Below, one piece after another: positions 14,637-20,000 of a stretch of DNA of 20,000 nt (position 1 is the first letter of the stretch; the number at the start of each line of letters is the position of its first letter). The stretch comes from an uncultured virus (IMG/VR IMGVR_UViG_3300020582_000004) (lineage: Duplodnaviria; Heunggongvirae; Uroviricota; Caudoviricetes), in the IMG/VR virus record IMGVR_UViG_3300020582_000004. One strand, given 5' to 3'. The notes below the pieces were generated by a model that saw only the letters and a list, made by a program, of their open reading frames with translations, was not told where the DNA came from and searched no databases. The position numbers and the translations under genes were made by a program.

Positions 14637-14917
14637 GTTCCCCTCGTCATGCGGCAGCATTGATACGGAAGCTCCAGCTCAGGAAAGACAGAAAGAAGCA
14701 GGTCTCGCCCTGCATCGGTCACAAACAACCGTTGCGGGTAACAGAGTCTACCGCCCGCATTACGAGGCGGCATCGGGCCACGACGAACGAGACCCGCGCG
14801 AAGAAGCCCAACGTATCGACCCATGCGATAGCGCTGAACCGGCAAGCCCTCTTCAGTCATGGCCACACGACCCAATCGGGCCAGCTGGTCATTACTGATC
14901 TTACGAACCTTCACCAC
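14633..14917 (-). CDS. Small winged-helix-like protein (94 aa)
   Basis: LLRAGLVRR...VTDAGRDLL wing motif; start codon supplied by repeat copy 2. Confidence 0.65.
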   Translation of the reverse strand: MVKVRKISNDQLARLGRVAMTEEGLPVQRYRMGRYVGLLRAGLVRRGPMPPRNAGGRLCYPQRLFVTDAGRDLLLSVFPELELPYQCCRMTRGT

Positions 14918-15045
14918 GTCGAGCCTCTTTCGTAGAGCCTTGCGGCGTCTGTCAACTTGTCTACTTAGCTTTATAGCAACCCTCGGGCCAACGGGAAACC
15001 CCTTGTTTCCGTCCTCTCGAGACCCGATGTGAACACCGGGTTACT
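14914..15045 (-). repeat. 132-bp direct repeat, copy 2
   Basis: Matches 14300-14431. Confidence 0.95.
14975..14991 (-). promoter_or_regulatory. Sigma54-type -24/-12 promoter
   Basis: TTGGCCC-GAGGG-TTGCT; differs from copy 1 only in the spacer. Confidence 0.7.
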
Positions 15046-15056
15046 ATGCCTCCGTC

Positions 15057-15239
15057 TTACTTCAAACCCGAAGCGCGCAACGTCTTCATAACGATCTTGA
15101 CAAGCTCGCTAAGAAGCTTGTCGCGCTCGTCACACGACAAGCTCTCAGACGGCCCAGTGAAGTATACCTCACGACGCTCTAGCTCTTCGGAAAGGTCTTC
15201 CACAATGAGTGCGGCTAATTCAGTTAGCTTCGTAGTCAT
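15057..15239 (-). CDS. Hypothetical protein (60 aa, MTTKLTEL...)
   Basis: ATGA overlap at 15236-15239. Confidence 0.6.
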   Translation of the reverse strand: MTTKLTELAALIVEDLSEELERREVYFTGPSESLSCDERDKLLSELVKIVMKTLRASGLK

Positions 15240-15478
15240 CTCACTCGTCCCTTCGTTCGACGATTCCAGCTTTCGCGAATGGTATCCTCTCGGTTTTCTG
15301 CCTCTGAGGCCGTGTCGTCGAACACAAAGGAGCTGCCTTTGGCCCCGCACGAGCTGCACTCGACGTAACCGTAGTCATCATCATTCACGAATGAACCGGC
15401 ACCTCCGCAAAACGGACACGGTAGAATCTTGAGACGCGTCGATTGCTTCGCTTCTGTCATTTCCGCAACCGCTTTCAC
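15236..15478 (-). CDS. Lar-family restriction-alleviation-like zinc-ribbon protein
   Basis: LPCPFCGG...VECSSCGA...WNRR signature. Confidence 0.8.
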   Translation of the reverse strand: MKAVAEMTEAKQSTRLKILPCPFCGGAGSFVNDDDYGYVECSSCGAKGSSFVFDDTASEAENREDTIRESWNRRTKGRVR

Positions 15479-15759
15479 TTGGCACCATCCGTCGCAGCAA
15501 GCGTCTCGAAGTCCGCGAGCACCCCGCACTCGCGCGCGAACGCTTCGAGGTCCACGTGCTTGCGTGTCACGAAGCGCTGATCGTACACGATGAAGTAAGT
15601 GCCGAATTCCTTCTCGCGCTCCGTCAGGCCTTTGCGCTTACCGCGCGCTTTCTTGTTTTTCAAGAGCTTCCAGTTTTTCTCGACGAGGTGCCGGTTCACT
15701 CGCTTGATGACCGTGTTCTCGAGAATGGGCACTTTATTTTTCGAAGAGGTCATCTTCAC
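15475..15759 (-). CDS. Basic hypothetical phage protein (94 aa)
   Basis: GTGA-coupled; VIKRVNRHL...GTYFIV...VDLEAFARECGVL. Confidence 0.7.
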   Translation of the reverse strand: MKMTSSKNKVPILENTVIKRVNRHLVEKNWKLLKNKKARGKRKGLTEREKEFGTYFIVYDQRFVTRKHVDLEAFARECGVLADFETLAATDGAK

Positions 15760-15998
15760 TTCTCCACTCCATCGAGATCGAATAATGCGATATCAACTTT
15801 CGCAGCAATAATCTGCAAGCGATTATTTGGCAGTGAAGTCTCCGGCGTCAAGTCAGCAAACACATGCGCACGAATCTCTTCCAACGTTCGACGAAGGCTT
15901 GCCACATCCATGACAAGCTTACCGATACACGCCGCGTTATCATGATCAACGTTCAGCGCGGCCTTGCAAAACTTACACGTCTTATACGAATGCTTCAC
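15756..15998 (-). CDS. Hypothetical protein with CxxC (80 aa)
   Basis: Coupled overlaps; CKFC...H...C. Confidence 0.6.
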   Translation of the reverse strand: MKHSYKTCKFCKAALNVDHDNAACIGKLVMDVASLRRTLEEIRAHVFADLTPETSLPNNRLQIIAAKVDIALFDLDGVEK

Positions 15999-16294
15999 GA
16001 CGTCTTCTCCCGCGTTGCCTCTTCCTCTTTCAGGATTTCAGCCTGAATCCACTTCCAATGCTCACCGCCATCGACGAGCGCGGCGATATCCGACCACAAA
16101 GTCTCGCGCGCCGTATCAACAGATGCCCGATGACGAAGCCACTTCGCAAGCCACACATCACCATCCGCGACGAGCACTTTCATTTCGTCGATGCAGAAGC
16201 GAGCCAGTCGCACGTGCAATCTCTCGGGCGCCTCGTAAACGAGGATCGACTTGATTCGCTTCATCAGGTCCAACGTCCGCTCATCCGCGTTCAT
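15995..16294 (-). CDS. Hypothetical protein (99 aa)
   Basis: Coupled overlaps at both ends. Confidence 0.65.
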   Translation of the reverse strand: MNADERTLDLMKRIKSILVYEAPERLHVRLARFCIDEMKVLVADGDVWLAKWLRHRASVDTARETLWSDIAALVDGGEHWKWIQAEILKEEEATREKTS

Positions 16295-16506
16295 GACCGG
16301 CCTTTAGCGTCAGCTTCTTCTCGAGTCACAAACACATGCTTGTCTCGATCAAGCTCAACATGAGCCTCTCGATCCAAGAATGACAAAATCTCATTCGCAT
16401 CTTCATCACCCACGTCATAACGAAGGTGCTGATCGAAACGCGCAGTCGTCCATGAACCGACTCGATTGAGTATCCGACAAATAGCTTCACGTTGACGCTT
16501 AGTCAT
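16291..16506 (-). CDS. Hypothetical protein (71 aa)
   Basis: GAGG RBS, ATGA overlap downstream. Confidence 0.6.
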   Translation of the reverse strand: MTKRQREAICRILNRVGSWTTARFDQHLRYDVGDEDANEILSFLDREAHVELDRDKHVFVTREEADAKGRS

Positions 16507-16533
16507 TGCTTCTTTCCTCTTTGGCTTCTTCTC

Positions 16534-16692
16534 TCATTCATTGTCATCATCGTCATCGTCATCGTCGCCCAAATGGGAATCGTACTCCAACTGAGAAATC
16601 ATCCCAGTATCCAGAGCTTCATCCCACAAATGTTCAACGTGGTCTTCGTAGACTTCCACCTGCTTATTCTTTCGTGGCGCCATAATCACCAT
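16534..16692 (-). CDS. 52-aa highly acidic micro-protein with a poly-Asp tail
   Basis: AGGAG RBS 7 nt before ATG 16692; MVIMAPRKNKQVEVYEDHVEHLWDEALDTGMISQLEYDSHLGDDDDDDDDNE; below the ORF-track cut-off. Confidence 0.6.
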   Translation of the reverse strand: MVIMAPRKNKQVEVYEDHVEHLWDEALDTGMISQLEYDSHLGDDDDDDDDNE

Positions 16693-17080
16693 GACTTCAC
16701 TCCTGTTGACAAAAGCATGTCGCGCGCAGTCTCCGGATCATTACACTCAAGATCAGAGAGAGCGATACGAATGGCGCCCTCCAACTCCTTTCGCTTCTTC
16801 CACGGCGCATAAAGACCTCGCACGATGGCACGACCAAGAGTCTCGCGCTCAACCTCGGTCGGCTCGTAATCAACACAAAACGCCTCGGGCGGATGCGAAG
16901 AGCGGTACTCGTGACTCTCGTTTCCGTCGCGATCAAAGACGAAAGATTCTCATGCTTACTCGAGCACCAATAGAGATCCCATCTCCGGAATTCGCCTCGA
17001 ACATGGCGATCAAAAGTACCGAGATAAACGCAGCCCTCGCAGTCGTGCGTAAAACGCGGCTTTTTATCGATGCCGTCCAC
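16686..17080 (-). pseudogene. Frameshifted phage gene (PRFTHDCxxC...DLYWC family)
   Basis: GTG 17080 with AGGAG; after SLIA (~16928) the coding-like frame switches to DGNESHEYRSSHPPEAF..., ending at a TGA that overlaps the next start. Confidence 0.6.
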
Positions 17081-17271
17081 TCTTACTCCTCGCCTTACGG
17101 GCAGCCAAGCTCTGCTCGTACTGCTCTCCAAAGTGAACACGACCGCAACCATAATGCGTCCAATGTCGAGACGTACGCTCCTCCAAACACAGATGAACCT
17201 CCACACGAAAGGCAACGTGCTTTCACCTTACGGTTCACCCACTCAATCATCCCGTTCTGCTCGACACTCAT
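17064..17271 (-). CDS. Small hypothetical protein, 3' frame ambiguous
   Basis: ATGA-coupled ATG at 17271; stops at 17095 as written, or at 17064 if shifted at the AAA run 17221-17223. Confidence 0.4.
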
Positions 17272-17678
17272 AACAACCCCTTCATCGAACGCCTCGTACC
17301 TTGTCTCACGAGAAGTTCGATCGCAGACTCGAGACCCTCGATCTTGCCTTGGATGAAGTCCTCGCCGCCGTGCGTCTTATCCGTGACTCGAAGAGCTACC
17401 AACATCCCGCGCAGCTCCTCGACGGCGCCCGTTGTCGAACGCATTCTCTCCTCGAGCACGAGGTCCGCCGCACAGTGCGTGCACATGTGCGCGGCATTGT
17501 CGCAACTCGAAGACATGCACGGTTTCGCCGTCACACGCGTCATGACACGCTCTGCTTTGGACGAGCACGTCAGGCACACGAGCTTTCGGACGAGGCGACC
17601 GTCACGCATCGGGAAGAGCACGCGTTTGCCCTTGAGAAAGCCGCGACCGCAACCGGGACAGTCCTTCGTCGTGCTCAT
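17268..17678 (-). CDS. Cys-rich zinc-finger protein (136 aa)
   Basis: CPGC, CLTC, CxxxxC, CTHC. Confidence 0.7.
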   Translation of the reverse strand: MSTTKDCPGCGRGFLKGKRVLFPMRDGRLVRKLVCLTCSSKAERVMTRVTAKPCMSSSCDNAAHMCTHCAADLVLEERMRSTTGAVEELRGMLVALRVTDKTHGGEDFIQGKIEGLESAIELLVRQGTRRSMKGLL

Positions 17679-17911
17679 CTAAACACGTTTCTCTTGACCA
17701 AGAGACCTCGCGCCGCGAGCGCCTTCTCGACTGCACAAGCCACCCGTCGCGCGCTTCGCTCGCCACCGAACAAGTAATGCATGCACTCGTTCAAGAGAGC
17801 TTCCTCGATGTACTTGCCCGCGAGTCCAAGCTCGGGCTCCACCGCGTCGCCGTCCTCGTCCTCGGCTTCTCGAGGCTCGGGAACGCTGAAATCGTCATCG
17901 TCGAACGTCAC
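17675..17911 (-). CDS. Acidic hypothetical protein (78 aa, GTG start likely)
   Basis: Purine-rich sequence before GTG 17911; ATAG/ATG overlap with the next gene. Confidence 0.55.
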   Translation of the reverse strand: MTFDDDDFSVPEPREAEDEDGDAVEPELGLAGKYIEEALLNECMHYLFGGERSARRVACAVEKALAARGLLVKRNVFR

Positions 17912-18131
17912 GACTCCGTCCCTTCTCAATGCGAATGTCTACACCATATGCCCCCACTTCAGTTTCTTCCGCGAGAAAGCTGACACGTGCTCCACTGTCG
18001 AGAATGAGCGTCCAAGTGTGCACCCACATCGGTTTGCTCCCATCCTGAGCCCCATCCCAGCGCTCGCAAGTGGCGTCAACAATCTTACGACCGATGAGCG
18101 CTTCCATCACTGATCTACGCGCGCGTTTCAT
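17895..18131 (-). CDS. Hypothetical protein (78 aa)
   Basis: GAGGTG RBS; LIGRKIV...LILDSG pattern. Confidence 0.65.
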   Translation of the reverse strand: MKRARRSVMEALIGRKIVDATCERWDGAQDGSKPMWVHTWTLILDSGARVSFLAEETEVGAYGVDIRIEKGRSRDVRR

Positions 18132-18333
18132 GACTCACCTCTCTCATCAAATCACGGCCAGCGTCCGTGATTTCCCACCATTCTTGCGTCTTCCCGTTGA
18201 CGTAGCGGACTAGACCGCGACTAACAAGATTGCGAAGCGTCCTCGGCATTCCTGGTGGCGAAGTATCTGAATTGAAACTTGCGAAGTGCTTCAAAAGTTT
18301 ATGCTGAGCCTTTGTCAGCTTCGGCGTGGTCAT
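18115..18333 (-). CDS. Small winged-helix-like protein (72 aa)
   Basis: KLTKAQHKLL...TLRNLVSRGLVRY...WEITDAGRDL. Confidence 0.7.
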   Translation of the reverse strand: MTTPKLTKAQHKLLKHFASFNSDTSPPGMPRTLRNLVSRGLVRYVNGKTQEWWEITDAGRDLMREVSHETRA

Positions 18334-18577
18334 GATGCCGCCGCGAATCATGCAAATTCGCGATCAAGCCGCGCCTCGCATACCTGCGCTCGCTCACGGT
18401 AATGTTGTCCGCATAGATGTCGAATGGAGAAGCCCAGCAAGCTCGCACGATGCGAATGCACTCCTCCGCAGTAAAGCCGTCCCATGCACTCTCAGTCGTG
18501 GTGTTGATGAAACTCATCGCACGACGCAGCTCCTCTGCACCACTCTCCAACACCTCTTTCATTTGTTCACGGATCAT
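18299..18577 (-). CDS. Hypothetical protein (92 aa)
   Basis: ATGA-coupled start with GAGG RBS. Confidence 0.6.
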   Translation of the reverse strand: MIREQMKEVLESGAEELRRAMSFINTTTESAWDGFTAEECIRIVRACWASPFDIYADNITVSERRYARRGLIANLHDSRRHHDHAEADKGSA

Positions 18578-18753
18578 GACAAGTCCTCACCATTCACTTT
18601 GCCCCACGCTTGAAGAAGAACCGGATCGGTGCATTGTTCAATCTTGATTACGCCTCGTTTTCCTCCTTTAGCTTCGGTCTTTGAGTAGGCCGAATGAACA
18701 AGAGTTGAGCCATCAGCAAACGTTAGTCGATAAAGATGAGGACGGCGTTTCAC
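18574..18753 (-). CDS. Hypothetical protein (59 aa, MKRRPHLYRLTFADGS...)
   Basis: Not in the ORF track; GTGA and ATGA overlaps fill the gap exactly. Confidence 0.55.
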   Translation of the reverse strand: MKRRPHLYRLTFADGSTLVHSAYSKTEAKGGKRGVIKIEQCTDPVLLQAWGKVNGEDLS

Positions 18754-19800
18754 GACTTCACCTCGGCTTTCTTCGTCACGCTTGCCTTCGTCGGGCGCTT
18801 CGCAAACGCGAACTCCGGAGTCCGGCCTGCTTCGAGTGTCGCATCAAACTGCACTTCGTCGCCGCGCTCGCACTCGAGACCCGCGGGAACCGTTCCCCAC
18901 GCGAGCCACACGCCTTCCGCCGTCACGACCTTCACCGTCATCTTCGTCGTCACACCCCACTGACCTTCGTGCTCTTTGAGCGAGACGATCACGCCCCACG
19001 GGTGCTGCGACTTTGACCTCGGCGTCACGCTCGGCCTTGATCTTTGCCTGACGCGCGAGGCGCTCGCGAACGGACTCCGCCGCGCTGATCGTCGCTCGGA
19101 TCATGTTCGGCGTGAGGTTCCCTGGAGTGTTGTTCCACATGCGCGTCATGTTCGAGATGAAGTCGATGCCGCTCACAAGGTTGTTCGATTCGAAGAGAGC
19201 AATCGCCTCGACGAACGCAGGTGACTCCGCCGCGATGCGCTCGCGAGCTTTCGCGTTCCGCATCGCCGTCTTCAAGCCCTTGATGGCGCGCTCGCGCTCG
19301 TCACGCACTGCGTTCCAGTCGGTGCCCGACACCATCTCGTACTTCTCGCAGCAATCGCAGCCGATGTGGACGAGGTCCATGCGGTCTTTGTGCTGCCAGA
19401 TCTCACCCATGCTGAAGTGCGCGCCGCAGACGCCGCAGCGCCCGAAATCGCCGTACACCATCGCCTTGAAGTCTTGCGCTTCCTCGGAACCGAGGTACGC
19501 CTCGACACGAGCCGACATCTTCATGACGGCGCTCCGACCCCACGCACGCGGGCTTCCCGGAGCATTGTACCCCAGGTCGTAGCAACCCCCGAACGTGTAC
19601 TGATCAGGCTGAAAGGCGCCGCGACGATGAATGTCGTTTCGGCCTTTGCCCGTAAGCGTACGCTTGTCGTTCTCTTTGCGGATGACCTCGATGAAGTCCA
19701 CGTTGCCCTCGGGCGTCACCTTGCCGCTCGCGTCGTCCACGGCACACAGCGTAGCCGTTTCCCGGACGTTGTCAACTTGGCTTTTTGTCCCGTTGTCCAT
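18750..19800 (-). pseudogene. Split phage gene: N-terminal Zn-finger/helical region plus C-terminal OB-fold-like domain, frameshifted at ~18990-18996
   Basis: The ORF ending at 18844 becomes Arg-rich nonsense after VAAPVGR, while the 18750 frame becomes protein-like from GVIVSLKEHEGQWG at the same point. Confidence 0.65.
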
Positions 19801-19812
19801 GTAGGTCGGTAA

Positions 19813-19829
19813 TGCAGGAGACAGGCCAG
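19813..19829 (-). promoter_or_regulatory. Third sigma54-type -24/-12 motif
   Basis: CTGGCCT-GTCTC-CTGCA, GG-N10-GC spacing, just upstream of ATG 19800. Confidence 0.5.
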
Positions 19830-20000
19830 TGCTAACCATGCGAAACAACGAAAGGACTTGGAAATCTGTATCCAGAAGTTATCGCCCCCGCCACCCCTCC
19901 CCTCTCCAAAGCTCCCTGCGCCACCTCCTTACGACCTACGCGCGCTCCAACGATCTATTGCCGCGTAAGCGGTAAGCGCCACGGCTCGCGCGTTCCCCCC

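Noticed and set aside
14300..15045. CRISPR array, IS ends or att sites
   Set aside because: Only two long direct copies separated by coding genes; no cas, transposase or integrase; content is promoter/RBS-like.
19801..19848. TTG start extending the last gene to 334 aa
   Set aside because: The extension runs through the putative promoter and has no RBS; ATG 19800 is preferred.
19884..19907. G-rich tract on the minus strand (possible G-quadruplex)
   Set aside because: Only three runs of three or more G, and no supporting context within the window.

Overview
This is a dense block of about 45 mostly short genes, all on the minus strand and nearly all translationally coupled (ATGA/GTGA/TGATG/TAATG overlaps). 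It reads as the early/replication-accessory arm of a GC-rich phage or prophage-like element; no virion, integrase, tRNA, rRNA or CRISPR features are visible. Recognisable genes: SNF2-family helicase, MazG-like pyrophosphatase, nucleoside 2-deoxyribosyltransferase-like protein, probable SSB, endonuclease VII-type nuclease, a histone-like winged-helix protein of a type I associate with myxobacteria (Polyangiaceae), Dam methylase, a bL12-CTD-like mini-protein, a membrane-anchored FtsK lacking its gamma domain, and a Lar-like protein. The best candidate for an undescribed system is at 5422-6905: a ~150-nt multi-stem RNA with a loop-bulge kissing pair, directly upstream of a 91-aa protein with beta-grasp-like topology ending in Gly-Gly, coupled to a 345-aa partner with a Cys-containing C-terminal domain. 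Other anomalies: an 80-codon patch inside the helicase with sharply different synonymous codon usage (3241-3480), two 132-bp promoter+RBS+start repeats carrying sigma54-type -24/-12 motifs, and several slippage-type duplications and frameshifts. All family assignments come from motif recognition by eye, not from database searches.
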